IMG/VR virus record: IMGVR_UViG_3300009182_000039
Span: 24,912-88,911 of that record
Reading direction: 5' to 3' (one strand)
DNA: 64,000 nucleotides
From: a virus
In this document: positions 42,001 through 50,454 of the stretch, piece by piece
How the letters are laid out: every line of letters starts with the position of its first letter
Numbering within the stretch: position 1 is the stretch's first letter
The notes under the pieces: model-generated
What the model saw: the letters and a program-made list of their open reading frames with translations, nothing else
Databases searched by the model: none
Told to the model about the DNA's origin: nothing
Program-made: the position numbers and the translations under genes

Positions 42001-44837
42001 CGATCACTATACTGACGCACAAATCCAGAACTAACTTCAACAGTTGTTCCTGTACCGCCTGTTGGTGTATAGATAAACGAATCGGTATATAAATTATTGT
42101 CAAATAATATATCGCCAATATTATCAATACTAAAAAATGCTAAAGGAAATCCTAATACTGAGTCAACGGGGTTATCTGGATTTTCCGAGTAGCTTAATAA
42201 CTTACACCCTGTAAAATTTGTACTTGGGTAATAAGTTTGGTCGCCAAAACTTATGCTATTAGAATCATATACATCAAACAACGGTGCTTGGTTAACAGCC
42301 GTTTTTTGTTGAGCACTAATCCATTCCTCGCCAGTATAATAAAAACTTTCTCCAGTTAAAGTATTACCGCTAATACAAACTGTAGTTTGATTGGCTAGTA
42401 CTGGATTATAACTTGTAGGAATTAAATCAATAATAGGTACAGTAGATGTTGCTGCATCTGTATCTATAAAATTAACTTCGTATACTTGATTACGCACATC
42501 CGGATTTTCGTCAGCAGCAAAAATAATTAAACTACCTTGAACTAGAGTATAACCATCAACTCCATAACCAGCTTGACCATTAACATTTAGTAGAGCATTT
42601 GTTTGCGTAAAATCAATAACATTAACCGCAGGGATACCTTGTGTGCCAAAATTAAATAATTTTGTGCCAGCACGGAATTCTAAAATAGGACGGTTTGCTC
42701 TTTGAGCATTAATATATGTAGGTTGGATGTCGTTGTATGTCGCAGCGGCGTTGATAACATCAACATGGAACCAGCGATTACTTCTGGTCCACGGATTCAA
42801 ATCAGGACTTGCTAAATTAATTGTTAAATAATCTGGTTTAATTGGCTCGCCATTAATTTTAGTTTCTAAAGCATAAGTTTCTGGCACTACTAAACTATTG
42901 GCATCTACTAAAACAATGCTCGAGCCCACCCCTTGAACATAATACGTGTTACCAATATAGGATGTTGGGTATACATTCCCTTGAAATATAATTTTAAGTC
43001 CGTTGGTAAATGTTACTCCGTTTGGACTTATGTAATTTGTTTGTCCTAATATTTCAGTGTCTATGTTAATATAAGCATTAACACTAATTGAATTAATAGT
43101 ACCGCTACTAACATAAGCGGCCGTCTCGGGACTAGCATAAGTTACAGTTGTCGTAGTACAATCAGTTACTACATAAGTTCCATTATATACAGGTGGATTA
43201 ATTTCTGAAACAATAATAGAACTTCCAACAGAATACGGGGCGGATAATTGTGTAGCAAAACTTAATGTTACAGAGCTTCCTGTACTAGCAACACCACTTA
43301 CCGATAACGGCGGAACAGCATCGCCGGTAGTTTCAGTGATAAATTTAATTTGTCCAAATATTGTTGGATCCTCGCTATCCTGATAATAAACATAGGGCAA
43401 TGCCGCTGTTAATAATGGCATTTGTATATAGTTGCCTGACGAATTTTTATACCATTGTGTATTAACAAACTCTGTACCGAATGAAATGGAAAATTGTGTT
43501 TGATCGGCTATTGTTAAAATACTATTAAGTTGAATATATCCATCAACATATTGAATTTGCCATAAACTAGCTTGTACCAATGGTTCAAAATCATTAGTAA
43601 ATACCAATGTACGAGAATTAAGATTTGTGATACCATCGATACCGTCAGGATTTTCAGACAAAAAGGTGTCTACTGCTACACCGTTTAACTGGTCAAATGT
43701 AAAAGTTGAACAAATTAAATCAACGATGCCAATTCCTGTAGTTGGATAATTAATAAATGGTAAAGTATAATAAAAATCTTGTGCTGTAGAACTAGGTACA
43801 TTAAATCCTACAGTTCCTAGATCGATTCCGTTATTGGTAACACCCAGCACATTACGATCACTTATATTAGGAGACCACGGTAATCTGCCATCGATTCCAG
43901 GTTGCGTCTGAATCCAAAATTGCGGACCCGACCCACTGGTAGCATCAATAACATTTAGTTGGCCGCGAAGATTGTAATGTATATCATTGCAGTAATATAA
44001 TACATCTGGCGCATCTTGCGGAACTGTAAATGTAACTAATCCTTCAGTGCCACCATTGTTAGTTACGCCTTCGCTCCATAAATTAGTTGTACCAAACGAT
44101 GCTTCTGTTTTGATAAAAAAAGCGTATGGTGCGTTTTGTACTAAGTTCCAGGTATATGTATTACCACGAACCAATGTTAATGTAGGATTTGCTATTTGAT
44201 TAATTGCCCAACTACTTGTTCCATTATTAATAACACGATATTCAACCGAAGTAGCAGTATTTTGTGCTACAACAAAATTGTAACTACCATTACGCACTAA
44301 CGTCAATGTTGGGTTTGCGCCTTCATAACCACTAAAAGTATAAGCGCCGTTAGTACGAGTAACTGTAAATGTTTGTTCTGTTGATATAGCAGTAGGCGCC
44401 ACTGTAACTAAATCTGGACCGTCAGGTAACCAGTAATACTGGGCGTAATTATTAAACTTGTCAAAATCTACAAATGGATCCCACGAATAATATTCACTTT
44501 CAAATAATCTATCAGCTTGATCAACAATACCACCTTGTGTGCTTAACGCATCAAGAATTCCAGGATAAGTGATAACATCATCAATTTTTAAATTTATTGG
44601 ATTAAGAGAAACAACGCCTGGCTCGAGTTGATAATCATCACGAACTTTAGTAGGTTCAATTACATAATTGTCATTGGCATTAACTCCAGGCCCAACTTTA
44701 CGACCAATATAACCCTGTGTTTGTTTATAAGCTGGTTCCTGAATTAACTGGTCAAGAGTAGCATTTAGAAATTGCGTGTTTACCGGAGTTTGAAATATTT
44801 CTGGTAGAAAATCAACTGAACGAATTTTTGTGGCCAT
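30078..44837 (-). CDS. Giant 4919-aa virion protein, probably a baseplate wedge/adsorption scaffold
   Basis: TAATG-coupled to the gp6-like gene; FG-GAP-like repeats, Ig/cupredoxin-like modules, SGSGY motifs, IKPYHV motif. Confidence 0.7.
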   Translation of the reverse strand: MATKIRSVDFLPEIFQTPVNTQFLNATLDQLIQEPAYKQTQGYIGRKVGPGVNANDNYVIEPTKVRDDYQLEPGVVSLNPINLKIDDVITYPGILDALSTQGGIVDQADRLFESEYYSWDPFVDFDKFNNYAQYYWLPDGPDLVTVAPTAISTEQTFTVTRTNGAYTFSGYEGANPTLTLVRNGSYNFVVAQNTATSVEYRVINNGTSSWAINQIANPTLTLVRGNTYTWNLVQNAPYAFFIKTEASFGTTNLWSEGVTNNGGTEGLVTFTVPQDAPDVLYYCNDIHYNLRGQLNVIDATSGSGPQFWIQTQPGIDGRLPWSPNISDRNVLGVTNNGIDLGTVGFNVPSSTAQDFYYTLPFINYPTTGIGIVDLICSTFTFDQLNGVAVDTFLSENPDGIDGITNLNSRTLVFTNDFEPLVQASLWQIQYVDGYIQLNSILTIADQTQFSISFGTEFVNTQWYKNSSGNYIQMPLLTAALPYVYYQDSEDPTIFGQIKFITETTGDAVPPLSVSGVASTGSSVTLSFATQLSAPYSVGSSIIVSEINPPVYNGTYVVTDCTTTTVTYASPETAAYVSSGTINSISVNAYINIDTEILGQTNYISPNGVTFTNGLKIIFQGNVYPTSYIGNTYYVQGVGSSIVLVDANSLVVPETYALETKINGEPIKPDYLTINLASPDLNPWTRSNRWFHVDVINAAATYNDIQPTYINAQRANRPILEFRAGTKLFNFGTQGIPAVNVIDFTQTNALLNVNGQAGYGVDGYTLVQGSLIIFAADENPDVRNQVYEVNFIDTDAATSTVPIIDLIPTSYNPVLANQTTVCISGNTLTGESFYYTGEEWISAQQKTAVNQAPLFDVYDSNSISFGDQTYYPSTNFTGCKLLSYSENPDNPVDSVLGFPLAFFSIDNIGDILFDNNLYTDSFIYTPTGGTGTTVEVSSGFVRQYSDRITFNREIGWQTAAIPSLARQQFQFTYSGTPLQFDVLIETVLDVPPAQVFINNVYQTPSTYTLSVNSTTNTSTITLNGTGYVIGDVIEVLVYSEQISAQGFYEVPINLENNPFNGNSPQFSLGTVRTHYTTICENLTKLQGPINGRNNTRDLGNIIPYGQLILQQSSPLTLAGYFLRAPNYNIFAALQYNSREYIKYKNKLLTAVTQLDLNGSETVAQILDLSINNITQSLTNIDPFYWSDMLPVGTNYTSTTTVVNPITTSVFNTTQSYDFTSSNYLGLLVYVNNVLLVRGSQYVVSVDALKLRILIPLNVNDVVTITEYPTTLASWCPNTPSKMGLYPKYTPSIFIDDTYSEPTPVIQGHDGSITIAFGDVRDQVLLEFEKRIYDNIKVDDNPIPLSTDEVDPLFYPAQTTALLPGFFRKTPYTYSEVNEIMNEDFLSWVGQNRVDYTQQNYVANNPFTWNYINAANRINQDSFLQGNWRGIYRYFYDTETPNSTPWEMVGFTEEPAWWVLRYGPSPYTSGNTVLWDDLEAGIVGDPAGPYILPEYIRPGLSKIIPAGSEGELLPPDECIMGRNDPYGFQQSWVAGDGGPVQASWWNSSSYPFAIMRMLVLTKPAQFFSLYADRDLYRYNTTLGQYLLNNRYRLDASGVQVYGNGVSKASYINWIVDYNQQSGVNSTSELTADLANLDVRLCYRMASFSDPVYVQISTDRAGPNSTNNGLVIPSTSYNLLFYKNQPFNQITYSSVIVQVQQLSSGGVGYSVFGYSNVQPYFEILVSSPVGLYETVTAGNATVQIPSQYTDKTRQIPYGYVFTTTASVCDFLLSYGAWLSSQGLIFNNVYNGYTLNWKQMAAEFLNFATQGWDDGTIINLNPCATTITAAQPISIVDTVASITPENMLLDQNQSVLDVKNLIVYRNGNEFSITTTNNQTINYLTLKFTNYEDMIVLDNTTQFNDLIYDPVTAARQIRLSLIASTTTEWDGQLNAQGFILNLNNVEQWKAYTKYTKGEIVLYKNTYWQAITISEPQETFNYNDWVKSDFQAIDKGLLPNLANKADQLTTSYDVYQANLTSDNDLFAFGLIGFRPRQYMSEMNLNGVTQVQLYQQFIGTKGTLQAAEIFNSTLLGGKESGAYNVYENWGVLAGTYGAQANKSYFDIQLDASLLSYNPSTIQIINPGETSQANQQIYLKNLWRESYNITSTEILPTTYEGSNIPTALPSAGYVCLDDVDVTVFSLDDPTAIDAKINSIGIGTYIWIAKINPYNWGVYRCTAVNGQMTQLTDNLNGTSIVQFSAAHNLSAGALIIIKYFNDAVNGVYRVLSSPSPTTITISYSFTNTNITTVTGTGLVLDLQSARVSQASDISTLPYVNSLVPGAIAWVDNDGNGHWETVQKQAPFITSSTITPGLSANNQFGASVAQTQNNLFALVGAPNGANGVGTVLAYFKDPLSDYQFSRTISLGVSDTSNFGNMISFGKSNWAVVGANTSLSGMGYAAVIYREAGTNTITISQLLVPPDQNFDPIGFGTSGIVSLDENWMYIGAPGANTVYAYEKVMVETQAIEYTTADSASIYEYSNAIQIDYTYPNQLIVTLNKTRLTYGVDYTLNQNNLIFTNPPVNGQTLVIARNLAKQLDEYFYYTIHQNTATGVGTGALFTVEVIRGVYYPTLEFGGQNYAVGNTLTINGSQIGGATPANNLVITVTGINILGQIIGFSYSGSGISNTNNFTLNQYLYNATSINNVVIRVNDVVQRPYLDYTFNSNTTVLTFITIPPAGAKIIASTSTYWQYVLSITTPDSMSGDNFGASIAATTDGRQIMIGAPKTDTNSLTETGTVYVFDRSVLRYVVSTPSQTTYIVPGNVTGPVAVSVNGIFLLTIEQSPSGQFTVDGNDIVFSNIIFNYGDIIEIETNQISQIQTLTSNTVNENAQYGFAVDSCPLNCSLYVGAPFDSTYTDLSGSVDYQINQSRVYGITTSTIANPTLTANGTLRINDTQVSVPTGLNNTIAGFVAAINSANIPNVLATLTSDLEFVADGITKIFNIGTLYSDASSYTTVVYLDNILQIAGTDYSYDPVTENIYFVYAPTTGRIITVVSGRLTLSVKNIDAGTPYNLITVLPGTVASVFNQLGFNTLVFTQQILSPLPAFNGQFGASLSIDTSAVNLIVGSPNGDVYEPTTFDAGQTYFDEHSTTFFNPVNNGGVAYTFDYFPSSQSSIKNPGQFAFGQQIYNSKVQSGNFFGTAVNYTSGKLMVGATGGTIYETTNSGYVTIFKNLNDTPAWAPIRVQQPVVDVYAIDGVFSYNGEQAAGVNTTVTGQAQTYFDFFDPLQGKILGVARSNINYIGAVDPAQYNQGSVHNNGQSWGRERIGQMWWDTDTVRFIDPNQDDIVYASRRWGSIFPGSRVDIYQWVESSNPPAGYTGQGTPLSTTSYCVTSQLGTNNIFTTFYYFWVRGITTISTGAGKTLSPSGVASYITDPRSSGLPYIAGLNASTIAIYNAQSLLNATNTILSIGFDRKLNDAVIHQEYQIIKDGVAKSFLNSNLYRKFLDSLCGVDTAGSAVPDPNLSFGMRYGVQFRPRQSMVTDRFTALENYLGRANTILAQYPISETRSFNLLNAAESIPQANSGAWDYKVANLEILGYQNLSIVPVGYKYLVLSDSSQFGRWTIYEVQTGQTLALIRVQSYDTPEYWYYINWYLPGYNSTLSPVAAVQNYSQLATLSYETVPVGSSVRVISNGAGKWEIYLRTGIDLVKDWTRVGLEDGTIAFKEELWNYTVGNFGFDAQVFDSLYFDETPQTETRYILRALNEEIYIGDLLFERNSSLILIFNYVYSEFTDPSWLVKTSYVDVNHEIRSLKPYQTYLADNQDFVINYFQEIKPYHVQVRQFNLIYTGEDDFLGDITDYDLPAYWNSSLPVSQFVSPILTPYTEAITAYHSNASNTAPNAQIWQLPSLYSQWFENYLLSIQAVSIVNSGSGYTSVPVVTVTGTCITQATMTAIINPAGQVIEIIVVNPGSGYSTDAIITISGGGLPGDPTPWAAGISVVENENIITSWNNIYVVDTAGILGNVEPIGTATEVNGTAELTFVGQIAQAVTIMNNSLVRSFNTTIKYDRCEYQSTIIDWEANITYENGTQVRYDNLVWAADSTSGSVTNSVFDPAEWLQVDAGVLSGADRTMGFYVSTVNTPGLSLPLLIDGIDYPGVQVAAVRFDQDTGFDRGNFDINPFDNISLDPNGQPTYDLGILDTIFQSSYLDPYLGTRPSDINIDGGKYVDAYESHAPEELVPGIEFDTLDLRVYTTPGADWQGLGHGFAQGTLQVIYDSVNPTISFDGLQSFPADLEITDVTQGYNLNEGTDYTVNWVNQTFTILNSSSLVANGDQLGIYVYQVGGGNQLYKNIYNGADVGNSLTVPVQYSLIQEFVIFVNGSCVPTTEYSYEAGTAFNTTTLTFDSTYASDDFISLVAISPTTIDSVTTNYSWSIPVTQTITVPTTGQLEYDLDPTISLEYTNPVTAIVTIGGITASGSAGKPSVGDGTNDAFALPTRLGVDPTTIIKDNLSVYVDGILQEPATYIFAYPDIVLDTAPADGAEVYVAVDVTAQYIIDPMAYTLTIISGTGIVPHAGDIISVTTFNDTREQRLSQQIFVGPVSQGISIYEKYDSTLYDNPPGAPSADPGLFDATVGDTIYFNDFTLYQSYTDISRPWVSRNGRVLTAYTDYTIVDNTLTLNNGVIGPTDVIIITNVTNSVVPESMEFRIFQDMRGVQATYRMTPSTTTTVTEAVTATDDIIHVVNAGALSIPEFAANIWGVVSINGERIMYREIDIEANTISSLLRGTAGTGADSHAVGAYVYNMGRGNLMPEQFQNYIETNSFLGNGTTTNFTTDITVNNANDWTGSIPYDSTNYSYPEGDGNYDVGMGSNIETVEVYLGGALQTSGYGVTNLTPIIVSFATPPADGVEVTIIVRRGVSWYNPGVGTASDGVPLQQTNNPAALFLRGLN

Positions 44838-47800
44838 TAAATCGCTCCACTTCCTGGCGCTGTTTGTAAATTAGTACTTGTTAATGAATTTATTACTTCG
44901 ATATCATTTACTGTAGCACCATTTACAAAAATTTGATATGGAGCGCATTGTATTTCATATAAGTCGCCAAAACTCTTTTGTGGATTTAACGGGACTAAAA
45001 CTACAGAAGCTACATAAGTGCCTATTTGTGAGTGAATATACGCTGCTAATTCACTAAAGTAAAATGTATCGCCAAAATTCCAATTAGCAATATCGAAGTA
45101 TGCGTTCATAGTAGCCAATACAAGATTACGAATTTGATTGTTACTAGCATTAGTGTTAGCCGCTGGGATAACTTTTATAATTGCTCTTAATGTTTCTGGC
45201 GCTTTGCTACCAAATAATGGTAAAAATTCTACACTATTAAGAATCATGTTATCACTAATCATTTTATAATTTTGCAACTTAGCGTATGCCGCTGTTAATT
45301 CATCAATAGTTGGTGGCAACGGCTGAGCAAGTGTATTTGTAGTATCTTGTATCCACTTTGAATATGCTGTATAGTATTCTAATGTTACAACATATAGATC
45401 AATAATATTTGTACTACCAGGATCAATTAAATTAGTTAATGCGCTATTATGTCTGTACTGGAAATAAAGACTTTGGCGGCCTGTTTCTGCTACCCACCCG
45501 CTGGTTGAAGTTATTACTCTAGTTCCTGAAAGCGTTATTGTTAATGTATAAAATGAATCTTCATTGTATGCGTAAAATATTTGCCCTGTTGGATATTGCT
45601 CTTTGACTTGCTCTATCTCTGCTAATGTTGGCCAATCGGTCTCAACAACGCCAGCTGGTTGTAATATGTATCTTTCTAAATTGTCAAAATCTGTAGTAAG
45701 TTGGAAAAACACATAGGGCTGTGGAGTAGTTGTATCTGCTGGTGAAACCCCAACAATTTCTTGGAAAAAATCTGGATCTACCGGAATGCCTGTGTTATTA
45801 TCTTCATACCCAACTAATACTTGATAATCATCGACTAGTCCATCAGTCTGTACAGGTTGTCCAATAATTTTAAGAGTAAGGTCTTCTAATAATGGAGAAT
45901 TACTATATGGTTGACTATTTGTCCTTAATACTTTAGTAAAATCTGAAATAACTGTGCCGGTTCGACTGTCATAAATTGCTTGGTCAGTATCAAAGAAAAA
46001 GCGTACCTCTAGTACACTACCAAAATAATAATCAAGGCTACGAGATACTACTGTATATTGGCTACCGTCAAATGTAGCTTGAATTAACCAGCTAGCATCA
46101 AGCATACTACCAGAAGTATTGCCCGCATAAGTCTGGCTCCAAACTGCGCCAGTATCAAGATTTGCGGCCGTAATTAAATACCATGTATATGGAGTTCCTG
46201 TAATTGTGCCGGTGCTATCATATCCTAATCCAAAATTTGCTTTCAAATATATTTGATTAACAATTGATTCTTTTAACGCAGTAGAAAACGACGACGCAAA
46301 CAATGGGATAACTTGAACTGCTATAGCGCCAGTTGGAACATAAGTGTTTAACACTACTGGTCCTGTACCATTAGTTAAATTACCAAGGCCACCGTTAGTA
46401 CCGTTGCCGTAAATTGCTGTTGGTGAAGCCCATATTACTAAATGATCGTTGTCAGCTGTTGGTATGCCTGGTTTTAATTCATTAGTAGCACTGAAATAAT
46501 ATCCTGTTGGAGGTATAAATTTAACCAAAGAAGTTTCTGTGATAAACTTTGCGTTGTTACTTACTGTTGGTCCAACTGGTACTGGTGTCCCACTACTGTT
46601 TTCAAAATATCCAGTAGTTTCATTTACAACTGTAGTACTCTCTTGCCAAATATAATTTAATGTCAGTAAACTTGGACGCGGGAAATATGCGTAATAAAAT
46701 TGTCTTAATGTAGCTTGAATTAACAGTGGAGTGATATCGTTCGTAATAACGTTGTTAATATCATTGGTTGTTTGATACGTAAAAGTAAATGCTGGTGTGT
46801 TATTAACATACCACAATGCCCCATCACTACCAAACACATTTGTCGAGGAGTACTTACCTGTTGGATCAACTAGATCTAAATATCGGCTGGTTCCAATGGA
46901 ACTACGATTAAGTGCTGAACTTTTAACAATGGAATTATAAGTTGTAAACGGAAAATTTGTATAATCTTCGCCGTTGACCATACGATTCTGTGTATAGTAA
47001 CGAGCCGGTGCTCGTTGTTTAATCTGTTCAATAGTTTCGCGAGGGGCGGCATTAGTTACAGGCGCGGTAATACCACAATTAAATGTAATAGTTTCAATGG
47101 TGCCAGCACGACTAACATAAGAAATAGGTATTGAAACAGATTGCATATTTTCTGGATTAATAATATATTGTAATCCATTAGATGCGCGAACATAATTTCT
47201 AAATTGACCTACTGGGATCGCTGAAAATACATTATCACCAAATACTAATGTAATTTGATCATTAGTGCGACTTGTTACAGAGTAAACTGTTCTTAAATTT
47301 GGTGTCATTTGTTCAACAGCCGCAGCAAACACTGACTGGACCAACGTCCAAATTTGTTTAACATTGCCAACGTTATCAAGTTGATATAACCATACATCAG
47401 TATTGTTGACACCTTCAATATTAATATCGACTGTACGATTAGAAATACTTTCTGCTAAATTAAAATCTTGATTTTGTAATACACCTTGTTTAAAATAAAA
47501 GAAATAACCAGTGTTAGCACTTGAATAACCTAATTGATCATTACGGAATAGGACATTAAATTGTCCATTAGGCAATGGCGGTGGTTCATAGATATAAGTT
47601 TCTCCCAATGAAGTCGCATTTACTGCTTCAAATGGCATGTTAACACCGTTGATAGTAGCAGTATATGGAATTACTGGAATATAACCAGGAACTAAGTTAA
47701 TTGTATATTCTTGTGTGTCTACGCCAAGAATGTTTTGATTATTACCAGGAGAACCTACATATTGTGTGTCAACCAATGACGCATTAATGATAGCTGTAAA

Positions 47801-48265
47801 TTGTTCTTGCCAATCAAAATTACTAGGATCGGCCCAATTAATTGTAATGTTAGCAAGGTCTACCCCGTTATAATCAGTAACATTTTCTGTAGTTTGGACT
47901 GAAAATACTTTAAGATAGCCGTTAGCTTCTGTATTTCTTTGTGGTGTATAACTTACTAAATTAGCAAGTTTAATAACACTATCACGACGTTCTGCTGTAT
48001 CAATATAGTTTTCGCGAGTGTTTAAATCTGTGCGGAATGCTAATGCTTGACCCATAAAAGCCATGACATCTAATAAGGCAATAAATTCCGACGATTCAAT
48101 ATAATCGTTAAATGTTTCTGGGTAATACTGGCGCAAATAATCTATAAAAGTCTTGCGTAAAGTTTCAAAGTCGTAACTTTGAAAATCACCTTCGCTATAG
48201 GTTTGATAGATTCTTTTCCAATCTTCAACTCCAAATAGTACGGTTTGTCTTGTTGTTTTCGCCAT
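44837..48265 (-). CDS. Baseplate wedge protein (T4 gp6-like)
   Basis: DFETLR, ENYIDTAERRDSV.KLA...Y.P, FGD, ETIEQIKQRAP.YYTQNRMVNGEDY. Confidence 0.85.
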   Translation of the reverse strand: MAKTTRQTVLFGVEDWKRIYQTYSEGDFQSYDFETLRKTFIDYLRQYYPETFNDYIESSEFIALLDVMAFMGQALAFRTDLNTRENYIDTAERRDSVIKLANLVSYTPQRNTEANGYLKVFSVQTTENVTDYNGVDLANITINWADPSNFDWQEQFTAIINASLVDTQYVGSPGNNQNILGVDTQEYTINLVPGYIPVIPYTATINGVNMPFEAVNATSLGETYIYEPPPLPNGQFNVLFRNDQLGYSSANTGYFFYFKQGVLQNQDFNLAESISNRTVDINIEGVNNTDVWLYQLDNVGNVKQIWTLVQSVFAAAVEQMTPNLRTVYSVTSRTNDQITLVFGDNVFSAIPVGQFRNYVRASNGLQYIINPENMQSVSIPISYVSRAGTIETITFNCGITAPVTNAAPRETIEQIKQRAPARYYTQNRMVNGEDYTNFPFTTYNSIVKSSALNRSSIGTSRYLDLVDPTGKYSSTNVFGSDGALWYVNNTPAFTFTYQTTNDINNVITNDITPLLIQATLRQFYYAYFPRPSLLTLNYIWQESTTVVNETTGYFENSSGTPVPVGPTVSNNAKFITETSLVKFIPPTGYYFSATNELKPGIPTADNDHLVIWASPTAIYGNGTNGGLGNLTNGTGPVVLNTYVPTGAIAVQVIPLFASSFSTALKESIVNQIYLKANFGLGYDSTGTITGTPYTWYLITAANLDTGAVWSQTYAGNTSGSMLDASWLIQATFDGSQYTVVSRSLDYYFGSVLEVRFFFDTDQAIYDSRTGTVISDFTKVLRTNSQPYSNSPLLEDLTLKIIGQPVQTDGLVDDYQVLVGYEDNNTGIPVDPDFFQEIVGVSPADTTTPQPYVFFQLTTDFDNLERYILQPAGVVETDWPTLAEIEQVKEQYPTGQIFYAYNEDSFYTLTITLSGTRVITSTSGWVAETGRQSLYFQYRHNSALTNLIDPGSTNIIDLYVVTLEYYTAYSKWIQDTTNTLAQPLPPTIDELTAAYAKLQNYKMISDNMILNSVEFLPLFGSKAPETLRAIIKVIPAANTNASNNQIRNLVLATMNAYFDIANWNFGDTFYFSELAAYIHSQIGTYVASVVLVPLNPQKSFGDLYEIQCAPYQIFVNGATVNDIEVINSLTSTNLQTAPGSGAI

Positions 48266-48285
48266 GGTCGTTCCAATGTTACAAG

Positions 48286-48293
48286 TATTTATA
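48286..48293 (-). promoter_or_regulatory. Late promoter TATAAATA for the wedge operon
   Basis: Exact motif 20 nt upstream of the ATG at 48265. Confidence 0.7.
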
Positions 48294-48318
48294 CAAAAAT
48301 TAAACTGGGTAGTTTAAG

Positions 48319-48693
48319 TTAAACGTAACTTGCAGAACGTTGTTGCTCATTAAAAAATATAGATAGAATTTGAGCTGACGTGGTTGCTACTGTTTGCAAT
48401 TCTAATTCTAATAATATGCCGTTTTGTTGGGGGTACATATTGACATTATTAAGATATAGCCTAGGATCTGCGCCAATAACTCGTTGGACTTCTTGATATA
48501 CAGCCGTTTGGAGTTCTGGGGTTTGATTTTCAAACAAATAAGCCCATAAAATAGTGCCGTATCCTGGGCGGCCGACTACTTCGCCCTGCCTAATGTTAAA
48601 GGCGTTTAGTAAATCTTGTTTTATCAATTCATAATCAACAAGTGTAAATGTTTTATTTTGATTGATTGTATTAAATCCGATGAAGGTTGCCAT
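48319..48693 (-). CDS. Baseplate wedge/sheath initiator (T4 gp25-like)
   Basis: IKQDLLN...GE...PGYGT...LFE...DPR. Confidence 0.85.
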   Translation of the reverse strand: MATFIGFNTINQNKTFTLVDYELIKQDLLNAFNIRQGEVVGRPGYGTILWAYLFENQTPELQTAVYQEVQRVIGADPRLYLNNVNMYPQQNGILLELELQTVATTSAQILSIFFNEQQRSASYV

Positions 48694-48707
48694 ATATTAT
48701 ATTTATT

Positions 48708-50453
48708 CTACCTAATATTAACAGCTTTAGACAGGATATTTTGCCCAGCCGCTTGAGCTTGAGCTAATATATTGTTAGATTGATTTAAAACATTAGACAC
48801 AATGCCTTGTCCGGTCGCTTGAGCTTGAGCCAATAAACTCTTAGCTTGATCAATATCTGCTGTAACACCTAACGAAGCTGGCGAAGGGAATTCATACACT
48901 GGTGGCGAAATTAATGGAGATCCTATCACTCGGTTTACAGCAGCATCAAGGACCGCTCGATCTACTGTATTTGTAAACGCAGGAGCTGACTGAACGCCAG
49001 CAACTAAACTACTTAAAGAAAAATCACTAAAATTAACACTAAATTGTGATGCCTTACCTAATGAATCCAGTGCACTAGTTAAACTTGTTTGTGCTGAATT
49101 GAAAGCAGTTTGGGCTGAATCAGTAATACCCGATGCTAGCGATCCTAAATTAGAGCCAATACTTGTTAACGCAGAAGTTGCACTACCAGCCCATGCTGTA
49201 GCTAGTTCTGTTCCGTACTTACTACCATTTGTAATTAGTGCTCCTATGTCACCACTGAGTGTAGACGATATTGAAGCGATTGTTCCAGATACATTTCCAC
49301 CTGTTAGCCCTGCTGCTAGACCAGAAATTTGTGACACCGCCGACCCAGCAGATGCTGTCAAGTTGTTTAGTGTGCCGGTATCAAAACCAACTGCGCCAGT
49401 TGATAAACTTGATAATGCTGAACTATATGACGCAATAGCATCTGCGCCAAGACGTTGAATATCTGCTGGTATATCACCAAGATTTAAACTACTTAGACTT
49501 GAAAAAGCGTTGCTAATTGAACTACCTACACTTCCTAATGTACCTACCACATCGTTATATAACGCCGTAGTTGATGATCCAGATAAGAATCCATTTATAC
49601 CGCCGTTTAGGCCAACAGATAATAATGCCAATGCCGATGTTGTTGCTAATGTGCCAGCAGTATCGTATACTTGGCCGTCGTTGACTGTAGCGGCCGGAGT
49701 AGCCGATGCTGGCGGAACAATAGTTCCGTTAGATACCAATTGGCTGTAACTTTGTTGAAATAATTTGTCCTGGATAGTATTTTGCAAATCTCGATTTCCT
49801 AGTATGTCATTAACACTAGTTATTCCGTGTAAGCCAGTCCACGGGGCTGGCGATTTCATAACTTCAACAAAATTATCAGGATTAGTTCCTGTATTTGGAT
49901 CTATTCGACAATATCTTTGAGCATACCCTGGCTTCCACACACCAGCTTGTTCAAGTTGTTGTGCATTTAAAGCATATACACCAATACCATCTTGCGATAA
50001 AGTATCGGCACTAGCATTTGGATTTTGATTGGCAGTTGTTGCTAATAATGCTTGAACTTGGGTAGGAGATAATGACCCAATACCCGATGGTCCTAACCCT
50101 ACTCGACCAGTAGGACTACTAGTTACCTGAATATAATCAGTTTGGTCGATTGGATTTTTAACAGGAACTTGTGCTAGAGTAGACGGTAATGTTGCTACAA
50201 TCGGCAGCCCTGAAATAACTGCCAGCAATGTTTTATCATCTACTCCGGCTGTGCCCCTTTTTAATCGAGATATTCCAAATTCGTTAAGTACATCTTGTGG
50301 ATGTGTAAGTCTGTCGCCTTTTTTATATCCAACAAAGGTACCAGCAGCCACTTGTTCATAAAAGATTTTATCTGCTTGTAGTTGTGTTGTACCTGTGGCC
50401 GCATTTACTTGATATTGCGAGCCTGACGGAAGTGTATATTTAAATATTGCCAT
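48708..50453 (-). CDS. Baseplate hub-associated protein; possible lysozyme-like segment plus an S/A/G-rich tail
   Basis: Between gp5-like and gp25-like genes; GIGVYAL..QQLEQAG motif. Confidence 0.45.
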   Translation of the reverse strand: MAIFKYTLPSGSQYQVNAATGTTQLQADKIFYEQVAAGTFVGYKKGDRLTHPQDVLNEFGISRLKRGTAGVDDKTLLAVISGLPIVATLPSTLAQVPVKNPIDQTDYIQVTSSPTGRVGLGPSGIGSLSPTQVQALLATTANQNPNASADTLSQDGIGVYALNAQQLEQAGVWKPGYAQRYCRIDPNTGTNPDNFVEVMKSPAPWTGLHGITSVNDILGNRDLQNTIQDKLFQQSYSQLVSNGTIVPPASATPAATVNDGQVYDTAGTLATTSALALLSVGLNGGINGFLSGSSTTALYNDVVGTLGSVGSSISNAFSSLSSLNLGDIPADIQRLGADAIASYSSALSSLSTGAVGFDTGTLNNLTASAGSAVSQISGLAAGLTGGNVSGTIASISSTLSGDIGALITNGSKYGTELATAWAGSATSALTSIGSNLGSLASGITDSAQTAFNSAQTSLTSALDSLGKASQFSVNFSDFSLSSLVAGVQSAPAFTNTVDRAVLDAAVNRVIGSPLISPPVYEFPSPASLGVTADIDQAKSLLAQAQATGQGIVSNVLNQSNNILAQAQAAGQNILSKAVNIR

Positions 50454-50454
50454 G

